From an uncultured virus (IMG/VR IMGVR_UViG_3300027782_000042) (taxonomy: Duplodnaviria; Heunggongvirae; Uroviricota; Caudoviricetes), in the IMG/VR virus record IMGVR_UViG_3300027782_000042: a stretch of 64,000 bases of DNA. One strand, written 5' to 3'. Below the pieces are notes generated by a model. It was given only the letters and a program-made list of their open reading frames with translations. It was not told the origin of the DNA and ran no database searches. This document shows positions 10,688 to 20,572 of the stretch, piece after piece. The first letter of the stretch is position 1. Each line of letters starts with the position of its first letter. Both the position numbers and the translations under genes were made by a program.

Positions 10688-10729
10688 CTATAGGGTATTA
10701 TTTTTTATTTTTAAATGTATTTATCCTAT

Positions 10730-11035
10730 ATGAGGATAATTATAACCGAAGATCAACATAAACAAATTCTTTCATTTATTCGAAGACTTAGTATTGCTGA
10801 CGAAATTATTTCTAGATTAAACCCTAAAGACATTTGTAGAATATGGTCGAACACAGAAAAGGACGCATTATTTTTTGCTGATGACGTTATTTTGGGAATT
10901 GTATGGGAAATTAATCAAACACTTGGAATTAAAAATTCGTATCACAATAAAGATCTGTATAGATTTTTTGAGGATTATGGTTATTACGACAAACTAAAAA
11001 AATTTTTTCACAAATCATTTGAATCATGCGAATAA
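10730..11035 (+). CDS. small acidic paralog-family protein, MRIIITEDQ
   Basis: ORF track. Confidence 0.8.
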   Translation: MRIIITEDQHKQILSFIRRLSIADEIISRLNPKDICRIWSNTEKDALFFADDVILGIVWEINQTLGIKNSYHNKDLYRFFEDYGYYDKLKKFFHKSFESCE

Positions 11036-11376
11036 TCATAACTGAGTCTCAAAGTAAAATTCAATGGCTACTTAGGAGATTGCATTATCCTGAAATTAAT
11101 GATCAATTAAAAGATATTGTTATTGAGGGTTTTGATTACACTAATGCTTGTGAATACAATACGTATTATAGTTATGAAACTAACGTAGTAAATGGGTCTA
11201 TACCAACATTTATTAATTCATATACTGAACTTTCTGGTAATGTGTATGTTGAAGACAAAGAACTTGATGAGTTTATACGTAAACTAATAATTGGTAAGTA
11301 CCGTGGATTAATTCAACGGGAATATCGGGACCGTTATTGTAATGAAGACGATGATGAAGATGAATCGGATTATTAA
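11026..11376 (+). CDS. small acidic paralog-family protein, MRIIITESQ
   Basis: ORF track. Confidence 0.8.
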   Translation: MRIIITESQSKIQWLLRRLHYPEINDQLKDIVIEGFDYTNACEYNTYYSYETNVVNGSIPTFINSYTELSGNVYVEDKELDEFIRKLIIGKYRGLIQREYRDRYCNEDDDEDESDY

Positions 11377-11389
11377 CTATTAATAAACT

Positions 11390-11719
11390 ATGAAAATCAT
11401 TATAACAGAAAACCAAAACTATCTTATTAGACGAATACAACAATTTATTGAAATTGTTGAAGGTCAGATTGAGGGGTATGAATTAAATGAAGATGGTGCA
11501 TGGTGGTGTCGTAATAATAGCCCATATGCATTTTATGATAATCTTGTAGGCAGATCTATTGAGGAATTTGTTAATCAGAATTGGAATTTCTTTCACGATA
11601 CTTCCGAAAAGGGTGGTTCAGAAATGGACATCAGTATGTTAAATAAAATAGTTGAGGAGAACTACGGTAATTATATTAGAAATCTTTTTACCCGTAAGTG
11701 TTCGGTGTCAAGGTTTTAA
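11390..11719 (+). CDS. small acidic paralog-family protein, MKIIITENQ
   Basis: ORF track. Confidence 0.8.
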   Translation: MKIIITENQNYLIRRIQQFIEIVEGQIEGYELNEDGAWWCRNNSPYAFYDNLVGRSIEEFVNQNWNFFHDTSEKGGSEMDISMLNKIVEENYGNYIRNLFTRKCSVSRF

Positions 11720-11746
11720 AATAAAATTTAATGATATTTATTTAAT

Positions 11747-12409
11747 ATGAAAACAATAAAAGAAAATATAAATAGAATGTTAAACTTAATGGAATCACAA
11801 CATGGTATTGTCCTTCCTTTAATTAATGAACAAAACTCAGAGTATTGGAATGCAGTACAAGGAATATCAAATAACCCCCAAGGTAAAAAACAAGTTATAA
11901 AAGAAATTGCGGCGTCAAATCCTTTAACGTATCCAGGAAAAGGTTCATTGATTTTTGTTGACAAAAAAACGCCTATATATGTTGGGGTAATGATACAAGC
12001 ACAAAATCAACCATTAGTAAAACCTGTTGAGTCCCCAAATATGGCATTAAGTGCTCCATTTGGTTATTATTTATCATTTTTTTTAGCCGATGAACAAGAT
12101 TCAAAAGGGTATCCTAACAACAAACCTCATCAGGCCGATTATTTTACCGTTAAATGTGCGAAATTAAAAAGTGGAAAGTTTCAAATTTTAACTATGCCGT
12201 CATTTACCGAACAATTTAAAAAACAATCAATGGACACAACAAAAGGTGGTGCTAGAGCGTCTGTAGAATTAAGTCTTTCTATGGCGTTAAAAGATTTAGA
12301 CGGATGGATGGGTTCATTACGAAATGATATAAATGCCGAATTAGGTAGAATGGGATTTCCGGCCTTACCAAATTCTTTAACGTGGAATGGGATTCAAGAC
12401 GTTGCATAA
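11747..12409 (+). CDS. hypothetical protein with ..LMESQHGIVLPLINE propeptide
   Basis: ORF track. Confidence 0.8.
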   Translation: MKTIKENINRMLNLMESQHGIVLPLINEQNSEYWNAVQGISNNPQGKKQVIKEIAASNPLTYPGKGSLIFVDKKTPIYVGVMIQAQNQPLVKPVESPNMALSAPFGYYLSFFLADEQDSKGYPNNKPHQADYFTVKCAKLKSGKFQILTMPSFTEQFKKQSMDTTKGGARASVELSLSMALKDLDGWMGSLRNDINAELGRMGFPALPNSLTWNGIQDVA

Positions 12410-12430
12410 TAAAAGGATCGTTAGACCCTT

Positions 12431-12928
12431 TTATTTTATAGTTACATAATCACTAACCCGACCTGTAAAGTAATCAACAGGAACATCATTTAAAGAAAAA
12501 TTCCAATTCCAATAGTAGCACATAGTCGGAGTGTTTTTATTTGTTTGATTTTTTCTTGTGTCTAACACTAAAAAACAATCAATAATTTGTCCTTCATATT
12601 CAGCGTAATTTGGATCACATAATTCTTGTGTAGTAATTGAGTATATTGAATCTTTAAAAAAGATTTTTTTAACCATCAAAGTATCTAAAGGTAAATTGTT
12701 TTTAAATCTATAAATTCTTTTTTCAGATTTATTGATCACAAGTTTCAAGTTGACTGGAGTATATGTTTTAGAGTATTCTCCACACTCTGATTTCTTAATC
12801 ATTAAATGTAAAGAGTCCTTCCCATACTTAGAAAATATTCCAATCTTAGAAATCGAAACATCAATTACATTTTGTGAAAAATTTAAAAATGATAAAAATA
12901 GAATTAAAAAGGTCATTAGTGGTTTCAT
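12431..12928 (-). CDS. putative secreted protein
   Basis: signal peptide ending ..NFSQ; TACATTTG promoter element at 12952-12959 on minus strand. Confidence 0.7.
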   Translation of the reverse strand: MKPLMTFLILFLSFLNFSQNVIDVSISKIGIFSKYGKDSLHLMIKKSECGEYSKTYTPVNLKLVINKSEKRIYRFKNNLPLDTLMVKKIFFKDSIYSITTQELCDPNYAEYEGQIIDCFLVLDTRKNQTNKNTPTMCYYWNWNFSLNDVPVDYFTGRVSDYVTIK

Positions 12929-13022
12929 TGGTATTTTGTTTAATTATAAAACAAATGTACAATTATTTTTAATATAAACAAAATTTTATTTCCTTTCTCT
13001 ATTTATTAACTATATAATAATT

Positions 13023-13202
13023 ATGAACGATTCACAAAAAGCCGAAAAGTATAATCAACTGATGTATGAGTATACGAGAACACAAAACAAAATTTCATCT
13101 ATTAGAGGTGAATCTTTGGAACCAAATGAAAGTCAACTTAGAGAAATTAGAGAACTTGAGAACAAATTGAGACTTATTATGGAAACCGCATCTAGATTGT
13201 AA
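13023..13202 (+). CDS. small coiled-coil hypothetical protein (59 aa)
   Basis: read by hand: MNDSQKAEKYNQLM...ASRL; TATTTAT upstream, terminator downstream. Confidence 0.7.
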   Translation: MNDSQKAEKYNQLMYEYTRTQNKISSIRGESLEPNESQLREIRELENKLRLIMETASRL

Positions 13203-13210
13203 TACATTAT

Positions 13211-13234
13211 ACCCCTCTAACCGGAGGGGTTTTT
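13211..13234 (+). terminator. intrinsic terminator
   Basis: ACCCCTC/GAGGGGT plus T tract. Confidence 0.7.
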
Positions 13235-13257
13235 AATTTTTTATAATATTTATTAAC

Positions 13258-13746
13258 ATGGAAAAATCTAAATTTGAAAGAATAGGTGATGATGGTTTGA
13301 TTAGGTACCGAAATCATGTAAAAAAATTATTATCTGACGCCAACATTGGCTTTGAGGACATTAGTGATTTCTATGGTTTTTTAAGTTCGAATTACAGGAC
13401 AGAACAAAATGGGTTAAAAAGATCAATAATGTCACCTGTGGGGGGTTCTTTTAAACGAACCGACATTGAGTATCTATATTATATATTATACGTCTCAAAT
13501 CAAGATGATGGTAAAATAACAAGACCCACATTTGAATATAAAGAGATCGAATATATCACAGAAGAAAGAATATTGACTAGAATAACACGATCTGGTGGTA
13601 TTGACACGTATATTCCTGACAATTTAGATAGTGGTTACTTATTTGATTTAAGGGGTGCGTCCGATTTTGAACCTTACGATTGGGATGAGACCGATAGAGA
13701 GGAATTAGATTGGGACCAAAGAGATGATTGGTTTGACTTTAATTGA
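13258..13746 (+). CDS. hypothetical protein (tandem paralog 1)
   Basis: MEKSKFE.., paralogous to next ORF. Confidence 0.8.
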   Translation: MEKSKFERIGDDGLIRYRNHVKKLLSDANIGFEDISDFYGFLSSNYRTEQNGLKRSIMSPVGGSFKRTDIEYLYYILYVSNQDDGKITRPTFEYKEIEYITEERILTRITRSGGIDTYIPDNLDSGYLFDLRGASDFEPYDWDETDREELDWDQRDDWFDFN

Positions 13747-13757
13747 TATTTATTATT

Positions 13758-14237
13758 ATGGAAAAATCTAAATTAGAAAAATTATCGGACTCCGCTATTA
13801 TAAGATATTATAATTTTATATACCCAATGGTAATACAGTCATATATCGATAGTACTGAAATCTCGGAATTCTCTTCAGAAATTTCAGATAACAATAATCT
13901 ATTTAAAAAAATTTTTACTCCTATTGCAGGAGGAAGTCGTATGGATATTGAATATATTTGGTGCCTTATAAAATATAATAATGAAGAAAAAATAGAAGGA
14001 GACGTTATTAATAGACCTGAAAATAAAGAACGTTCCGTTGAATATGTTGTGGAAGAGACCTTATATCAACAAAACACATATTCCGAAAATATGACAACTT
14101 ATTTAGATGGGGATGATTTTGATTCCTCTTATCTTTGGTCTTTAAGAGAAAGTGAGGAAATCCGTCCTTGGGAATGGACAATTGTTGATAGTGACGTATA
14201 TGACAGTAATGTAACTGATGAAGAATTTAGATTATAA
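13758..14237 (+). CDS. hypothetical protein (tandem paralog 2)
   Basis: MEKSKLE..; shared R.DIEY, RP, LDS.YL..LR motifs. Confidence 0.8.
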   Translation: MEKSKLEKLSDSAIIRYYNFIYPMVIQSYIDSTEISEFSSEISDNNNLFKKIFTPIAGGSRMDIEYIWCLIKYNNEEKIEGDVINRPENKERSVEYVVEETLYQQNTYSENMTTYLDGDDFDSSYLWSLRESEEIRPWEWTIVDSDVYDSNVTDEEFRL

Positions 14238-14280
14238 AATGAAATTAAACTTATAATCATTCTCCCATATATTTATTTAT

Positions 14281-14841
14281 ATGAAAATTATCTTAAACGA
14301 AAATCAACTTGGTGGTCTAAAAAAAACTTTAGAGGATTCAATTGACGATGTTGGTGTTTACCAAACTTTAAAAAGATATAATCTTAATTTAAGGGCATTA
14401 TCGGTAATTTTTAATGGGGATATGCCTGAAATATCATGTCAAGATCTTTATGATATGATACGAGATCAAATAAAAATATTAACCTCAGAACCAAAAATTT
14501 TTAACAACCATAACTTTGATTTTGGATTTGATCGTATGGCAGGGTCTCTTGAGTTTACATGTAAAAAATTAGACTCAGAATCCAATGAATCTTTATCAGG
14601 GTGGGCAACCCCTTATTGGAATGGTGAGTGTTACATTCCTATTGATTTTGAATTTTATAGTTGGAATTACGATGGTCAAGAGTTAAGAGAAGAAGATATA
14701 AATGGAGATTTTAACCATATGGAGGACGCTCCAACAGAGTTTAATAGTTTTAATGACATTAAAAGATGGTTAGAAAATGATTACCTAAAAATGTTATCAG
14801 AAAGGTGTGATGAGGTTTTTGAAGAACTAAGAAAAGATTAA
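14281..14841 (+). CDS. hypothetical protein, MKIILNENQ propeptide
   Basis: ORF track. Confidence 0.8.
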   Translation: MKIILNENQLGGLKKTLEDSIDDVGVYQTLKRYNLNLRALSVIFNGDMPEISCQDLYDMIRDQIKILTSEPKIFNNHNFDFGFDRMAGSLEFTCKKLDSESNESLSGWATPYWNGECYIPIDFEFYSWNYDGQELREEDINGDFNHMEDAPTEFNSFNDIKRWLENDYLKMLSERCDEVFEELRKD

Positions 14842-14843
14842 TT

Positions 14844-15701
14844 ATGAAAATAATAGTAAGTGAGGATCAATATAATACTTTAAAAAGTAATTTTTTAAAT
14901 GAAAGTGAAGAACTTAATAAATATGGTTTAACTGCCGATGAAATGCGTCAAGTTGAGGAATTGGCAGAAAAAGAGGCTTTAGAAGATCTTGAAAATCTAA
15001 AAAAAAATATTAAAGAGAAGGAGAAAGACGTTGAACATTACTCAAATTTTGACACCTCACACATAAAAGATGAGTATGTTTTAGATCACATAAAAAAAGA
15101 AATTGTCGAACCAGCAAAAAAAGAACTTGAACGTTTAAAAAAATATCTTTCTGAACACGATATTGAAAAAACAAAAGAAAGAATAAGGGATTGGAATATC
15201 TATAGTGCCGGTGGTCTTGGGTGGTCATTTAGATACAATAGATATCGAGAAGAGGCGTTGAAAAAAAGTTTAACAAAGGATAATTTAATTGATTTATTTG
15301 TTACCGCCTTAGAAGGAGGATCAAACTATTGGTATTACATGGATTTACCTAAAAATATAAGATCCTATGGACAATCAACATCAGAGGCCGTTGGTGAATA
15401 TATCCTACAAGGTGGTAATATTGAAGTTTATGATATTGAGGAGTACAGGGAGGTAAAACGTAACTATATTGATGGTGATTATGATATTACTGGTGATTTA
15501 AAAGACGATAAAAGTTATTATAGTGATTTAGAAGAAACAAAATTAGGTTATATTGATATGGATAAAATATTGGAATCAATTCCTATTATAAAAAAAGATT
15601 ACCCTGAGATATGGGAACGAATCCTGTTAGAAGAAGGAGATGCCGGAGATGCCGATGTATTCCTACAACTTTGTGTAATGGGTGAAGTGGTATTTGGATA
15701 A
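14844..15701 (+). CDS. hypothetical protein, MKIIVSEDQ propeptide
   Basis: ORF track. Confidence 0.8.
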   Translation: MKIIVSEDQYNTLKSNFLNESEELNKYGLTADEMRQVEELAEKEALEDLENLKKNIKEKEKDVEHYSNFDTSHIKDEYVLDHIKKEIVEPAKKELERLKKYLSEHDIEKTKERIRDWNIYSAGGLGWSFRYNRYREEALKKSLTKDNLIDLFVTALEGGSNYWYYMDLPKNIRSYGQSTSEAVGEYILQGGNIEVYDIEEYREVKRNYIDGDYDITGDLKDDKSYYSDLEETKLGYIDMDKILESIPIIKKDYPEIWERILLEEGDAGDADVFLQLCVMGEVVFG

Positions 15702-15706
15702 AAGAT

Positions 15707-16117
15707 ATGAAAATAATAATAACAGAAGGTCAATTTAATGATTTAAAAAATAAAACCAAATATGATTTTGGTTTTAATTTATTTAAAGATATGGTTAGGT
15801 CAAAATATCCTTTTATTAAAAATTTGTCTTTTAATGAATTTAAGACTTCTAATGATTATAGAGATCAAAGTAAATATTACATTATTTATATTAATATTAC
15901 TGTAAATAAAGATGAAATGGAAAATTATCTTTTTGTTGGTGATGGTGGAGATGAATATAGTCGTAGTGGTGAATGGAATAAAGATCTCCTTGAAGATCTT
16001 TTAGGAAAAATATACGATAGATTACCTAAAAATGTAAGATACAATTACCCTGATGATCACCCAACATGGCCAAGTGAAGCTGCCGGTATTAATGTATCTG
16101 AACTCAAAGAAATTTAA
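15707..16117 (+). CDS. hypothetical protein, MKIIITEGQ propeptide
   Basis: ORF track. Confidence 0.8.
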   Translation: MKIIITEGQFNDLKNKTKYDFGFNLFKDMVRSKYPFIKNLSFNEFKTSNDYRDQSKYYIIYINITVNKDEMENYLFVGDGGDEYSRSGEWNKDLLEDLLGKIYDRLPKNVRYNYPDDHPTWPSEAAGINVSELKEI

Positions 16118-16166
16118 AAAACATTTATTTTTTTTTAAACTCCACGATATTTATAATAAAAATTAT

Positions 16167-18116
16167 ATGAATAGGAGTTATAGTAAAATACGATATATCC
16201 AAGAAATTAATAAAAGAATGGATAATAAATTAATTGAAGAAAAGATAACAAATTCTTCAGTCGGGTTTATCTCTGAACAAGGAGAAAAGAAAACCTTTTT
16301 AAATCTATTGGAAAAACAAAGATTAATTGAGGAACAACTTAAATATGGTGGTACTAAAAATTTTATCTTAGAACAAGAAGAGGAAGATCCTGAAGGTGAA
16401 GAGGATTTATCAGGTATCCCTGATCTTGAATCAGACGAGGATTATGACGCAATAATTGCGTATTACCCTGAAGAATATGATGAATATCTTAGAACAACAT
16501 TTAAAGATTTCCTTGGTGATGAGGATGAGGGTGAAACTTTAACCGAATCAGATCAAAGATTATTAATTGAAGCCGACCTATTAATAGAAAGATGTCCCGA
16601 ATATTTAGCTGACTGTTTTAAACAGTGGGGTAAAAAATTTAAAAGAACTAAATTTGCTCGATGGTTTAAAAGAAAAATTGGTAGACCTACCAAAGAAGCA
16701 ATGGAAAAATTTGGTAAAAAAGTAAAAAACGGTTTTAGAAAATTCATGAAAAATGTAAAAGGTATTGATCTTAACATTGAACATAAAAAACGTAGAAAAA
16801 AAGGTAAAAATTACAAACGTAAGAATAGTCGTAAAATTAAATCATTAGATAAAGTATGGGCAAAAAATAAAAGAGGTACGATAAAAATTGGTAGAGTAGG
16901 TTGGTTAACATTTGGTAAAGGTAGAGGTTCGGCATCAGAAGACTTTAGTTCGGAAGAAGAAATGGAACCTTCAATTGGGGAGGATGAGTACGTATCTTAT
17001 TTAAAAGAGAATGAATCTAAAATGGTTAGTCTTATGTCTAAAACATCTAAATCTAATTGGGCAACATTAAAGGCAGATCCTGAAGAAATCGCATATGCGG
17101 TTGCCGTGTTAGAAAGATTTAATGACACTTATGAAGAAAAAAAATGGCGAAAAGTTGGTGTTGGTATTGATCAAGAAACATTCATCAGAGAGTGTGAAGA
17201 GGACCCTATAGTTAATAACATTCCTCAAGAAGAAAAACTATACCCTACGGAAACTTTTGAATTTCCGTTAAATCCTGATAACGATAAAAATTTATTTAAA
17301 GATAATGAGTGGGATGAGTCTTTTGCACAAATTTTCGTACAAGAAATGAAAGATCTTTGTTCGTTAATACAAAAACAAATGTCAGGATTAACTCCACCTG
17401 AAGGTAAACCTAAGGCCTACCTTGAAGCTATGTATCTACAGGCATCAGCATCAAGATTAAGAAATGGGGGAAAAGCTGCAACATTATCATTTAAACAATT
17501 ATCAGAAAATAGATTGGCAACAGGTAAAGCAATAATGATAAGAGAATTATCGGCGATTGGTGTTTTAATTGACGGTAATACAAAATATTATTTTGACACG
17601 GACGCAAATCCAACGGACACAAACCCCAAGGGTAACGGAGACGGTTCATCTGGACCTAACCCACCAATGGGCAAAGGATTTATTGCGAAAGGTAATTTTC
17701 CTATGACACCAAATTGTGGTCCAAATGACCCATCATGTACGTTAAATGGAAAAACCGTACTTAGAACTGAGTGCGGAACCCCACATACTAACATATTAGA
17801 ATATGATAAATATAAATTTATTAATGGATCGGTTAAACTAATATTTAATGACGACTATAAACCAGAACCCGATAATACACCACCGGATGATAAGAAAAAA
17901 GATTTTGACCCAGAAGTTGAAGTTATAGAAACTAATCTTTACCCAATTTATTTCTACGCACCTGGTAAAAAACCGTTTAAAATTCCAATCCCCGGATTAA
18001 GAATTAAATGGAAACAACTTTTTACATTTAAAAGAAGGGCAAGAGGAACATACGGACCTCCGGCAGGTAAGAAAAACGGAGCGACAAAATGTGAGGCGTT
18101 TGGAAGCAAACTATAA
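16167..18116 (+). CDS. large hypothetical protein with acidic and basic tracts, possible OmpA-like C-terminal region
   Basis: start adjusted after TATTTATA; LQASAS..LSENRL resembles OmpA-like motif. Confidence 0.7.
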   Translation: MNRSYSKIRYIQEINKRMDNKLIEEKITNSSVGFISEQGEKKTFLNLLEKQRLIEEQLKYGGTKNFILEQEEEDPEGEEDLSGIPDLESDEDYDAIIAYYPEEYDEYLRTTFKDFLGDEDEGETLTESDQRLLIEADLLIERCPEYLADCFKQWGKKFKRTKFARWFKRKIGRPTKEAMEKFGKKVKNGFRKFMKNVKGIDLNIEHKKRRKKGKNYKRKNSRKIKSLDKVWAKNKRGTIKIGRVGWLTFGKGRGSASEDFSSEEEMEPSIGEDEYVSYLKENESKMVSLMSKTSKSNWATLKADPEEIAYAVAVLERFNDTYEEKKWRKVGVGIDQETFIRECEEDPIVNNIPQEEKLYPTETFEFPLNPDNDKNLFKDNEWDESFAQIFVQEMKDLCSLIQKQMSGLTPPEGKPKAYLEAMYLQASASRLRNGGKAATLSFKQLSENRLATGKAIMIRELSAIGVLIDGNTKYYFDTDANPTDTNPKGNGDGSSGPNPPMGKGFIAKGNFPMTPNCGPNDPSCTLNGKTVLRTECGTPHTNILEYDKYKFINGSVKLIFNDDYKPEPDNTPPDDKKKDFDPEVEVIETNLYPIYFYAPGKKPFKIPIPGLRIKWKQLFTFKRRARGTYGPPAGKKNGATKCEAFGSKL

Positions 18117-18130
18117 GTTATTTATAATAC

Positions 18131-18158
18131 AAAAAAGAGGACTTAGTCCTCTTTTTTT
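18131..18158. terminator. bidirectional terminator
   Basis: AAAAAAGAGGAC/GTCCTCTTTTTT between convergent genes. Confidence 0.75.
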
Positions 18159-18714
18159 ATGCTTTATATCTAAGACAGATCATAATAGAATGAGTTGACT
18201 TGTAGATACCAAAACCATATTTGTTTGATCTTTCACTTAACAACATCTCCATGTGGCCTTTAGATCTAATAAATATATCAAAACAACAGTCGGCAATAAC
18301 TTTATTTATATCGTATTTATTTAGATCAATTTTTGTAAATAACATGAAATTTAATTCGGCAATATTTTCAGAATTATTATTTGGTAAATTAGGGTCATGT
18401 TTAAATTCAGACACCAAACATTTAGCGTATGATTTAGATTTTTTTGTTAAATCCTTATCTTCAGTTACGGGAGATTTACCATAAGATTTTCTAAAGTTGT
18501 TAAATGATTCCAACATGTAAGAATTAATTTTGTTTGTGTCAATTTTTCCAATCATCTCTTCAGATGGGAATGAAAATGAACCACCACCTTTTGGGACAAT
18601 CATCTTACTATCTTTACTTACATACTCCCAAACGTCAGAATACATCTCATATGTTTGTGAATTTGAAACAAAAACAATCAAAAAAGTAAAAACAAAAGAT
18701 ATTAAATTTTTCAT
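18157..18714 (-). CDS. secreted CAP/SCP-domain protein
   Basis: signal peptide; NNFRKSYG, FKH, SENI, SKGH..LL, YGFG motifs. Confidence 0.7.
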   Translation of the reverse strand: MKNLISFVFTFLIVFVSNSQTYEMYSDVWEYVSKDSKMIVPKGGGSFSFPSEEMIGKIDTNKINSYMLESFNNFRKSYGKSPVTEDKDLTKKSKSYAKCLVSEFKHDPNLPNNNSENIAELNFMLFTKIDLNKYDINKVIADCCFDIFIRSKGHMEMLLSERSNKYGFGIYKSTHSIMICLRYKA

Positions 18715-18845
18715 GGTTTAATTATTTAGTGATTAATATATTACAAATATAATGTTTATTTCCATTAATTGCGCCATAAAATGATTTTTTTTTTTAATAG
18801 TACATATTTATTATTAAAGAAATTAAAAATTAAAAATAAAAAAAC

Positions 18846-19157
18846 ATGAAAAGGATAGTTAGACTAACAGAATCAGATCTTGCAAGAATTGTAAGAAGAG
18901 TAATAAACGAAGGTGCATCACAATTAGGTAAACCAATGAAAATTGGACCTAAAACATATGTAGCACAAAAATTTGGTGATGGGAATATCGGGTATGTTGA
19001 TCTAACGGTACCAGGAACTGCCATTAAAGATGCTAATATTATAGCGACTTTAAATAAGTCTACAGGATATAATATCCCAACTTCAAACGGAATACTTTCC
19101 GTTGGATACATCCAAAAAAATCCTGGGTATCAAACTAATCTTAGAAATCTTATATAA
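18846..19157 (+). CDS. hypothetical protein, MKRIVRLTESDL propeptide
   Basis: ORF track. Confidence 0.8.
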   Translation: MKRIVRLTESDLARIVRRVINEGASQLGKPMKIGPKTYVAQKFGDGNIGYVDLTVPGTAIKDANIIATLNKSTGYNIPTSNGILSVGYIQKNPGYQTNLRNLI

Positions 19158-19159
19158 TA

Positions 19160-19738
19160 ATGAAAAGGATAGTTAGACTAAATGAAAATGATTTGGCAAG
19201 AATCGTAAAAAGAGTAATAAGAGAATCTGAAGATGTTTTGGTTGATGAAATTGATACTGAGTTAGATTCTGTGGATGAGAACAATCCTGATCCAGGAATT
19301 TTAGAAAGAATTATTAATAAAATACAAGATGCGGGTCATGACGTTGAAATGTTCATTAAAAAACTAAGAAGGAATCGTAGAAAATTAGAAATGAATTTAA
19401 AACGAAAATTCAAACGATCTAAAATGGGTAAGTGGATAAAGAATGGTTTTGGTGGAATGAATGAATCTTTTAACATTCCTCGTCATAGAGAATTACAATA
19501 CTTATTAAGAGAATCTGAAGATGCTTTGGTTGATGAAATTGATTCTGCTTTGGATTCTATGGATGAAAATAGTCCAGATCCTGGACCATTACAAATGTTA
19601 ATTGATAAAATTGAGGCTGCGGGTCATGACGTTGAAATGTTCATGAACAAATTAAGAAGAAACGCTAGAAAATTTAAAAGAAAATTAAATAGAGTATTTA
19701 GAAATCTTAGATTTAAAAGAAAAAAACCCATGTTTTAA
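19160..19738 (+). CDS. hypothetical protein with propeptide and internal duplication
   Basis: RESED.LVDEID..LDS.DEN.PDPG..AGHDVEMF repeated twice. Confidence 0.8.
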   Translation: MKRIVRLNENDLARIVKRVIRESEDVLVDEIDTELDSVDENNPDPGILERIINKIQDAGHDVEMFIKKLRRNRRKLEMNLKRKFKRSKMGKWIKNGFGGMNESFNIPRHRELQYLLRESEDALVDEIDSALDSMDENSPDPGPLQMLIDKIEAAGHDVEMFMNKLRRNARKFKRKLNRVFRNLRFKRKKPMF

Positions 19739-19794
19739 CTTTAAAAACTATATTGACATATCAAAATGGTAATAAAAAAAGTAAATTAAATATT

Positions 19795-19827
19795 AAAACC
19801 CTTAAATAAATTGTTTAGGGGTTTTTT
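19795..19827 (+). terminator. intrinsic terminator
   Basis: AAAACCCTTAAA/TTTAGGGGTTTT. Confidence 0.7.
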
Positions 19828-19848
19828 ATTTTTATTATATTTATTTAT

Positions 19849-20226
19849 ATGAGTACTATTATAGAAAAAATTGTAAGATCTGTTTTAAATAAAGAGTATA
19901 ACCAAATAAATGGTTTGTATGAATCAATAACTCCTGAAGAACTAAAAAGACTCAGAAGAATTCAAGAAGTAAGAAATACAATAGAGTTTCAAACAGAAGT
20001 TCAAGACCCTTGCAATTTTGATGATGGGGAAGAATATGCAGATTTTTGTATTGGAGAAGGATTAAGTTTTTTTTATGGTGATGAAGGTTACGAAAGAGAA
20101 GATGAAATTTTTAAAGACGAAGAAGAAGACCATTTAAGAGATGAGATAACAGATATGATGTATGAAGAGTATTTTGATTATCTGTCAAATCTTTGGAATG
20201 AAGATAAGGATAATTATGATTGTTAA
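19849..20226 (+). CDS. small acidic paralog-family protein
   Basis: LRRI..DPCNF motif. Confidence 0.75.
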   Translation: MSTIIEKIVRSVLNKEYNQINGLYESITPEELKRLRRIQEVRNTIEFQTEVQDPCNFDDGEEYADFCIGEGLSFFYGDEGYEREDEIFKDEEEDHLRDEITDMMYEEYFDYLSNLWNEDKDNYDC

Positions 20227-20232
20227 TTAAGT

Positions 20233-20550
20233 ATGGATAAAAATATACTTTTTATTAGAAGATATACTATTATTAAAGAACTAATTGAGGAGTCATTTGA
20301 CGTTCTTGAGGGTGATGTTTGTGATTATACCTTTAGTGAATTTTTAACCGAGATTTGTTGGCAAGTTTCAGATAAAAAAGAATTATTACAATTAAGTGGT
20401 ATAGGATATAATGACCTTATACATATGTGGGTTAGAAATAATTTTCATACTCATATAAGAAAAGTGTTTGAAAACTTATTACAAGAAGAATCTTGTTTTG
20501 ATGATTTTTATGATGTTAATGATGAGTATGATAACGACGATTACATGTAA
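20233..20550 (+). CDS. small acidic paralog-family protein
   Basis: FIRRY..DVCDY motif. Confidence 0.75.
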   Translation: MDKNILFIRRYTIIKELIEESFDVLEGDVCDYTFSEFLTEICWQVSDKKELLQLSGIGYNDLIHMWVRNNFHTHIRKVFENLLQEESCFDDFYDVNDEYDNDDYM

Positions 20551-20572
20551 GGTGTAGATAATATTTAATGAT

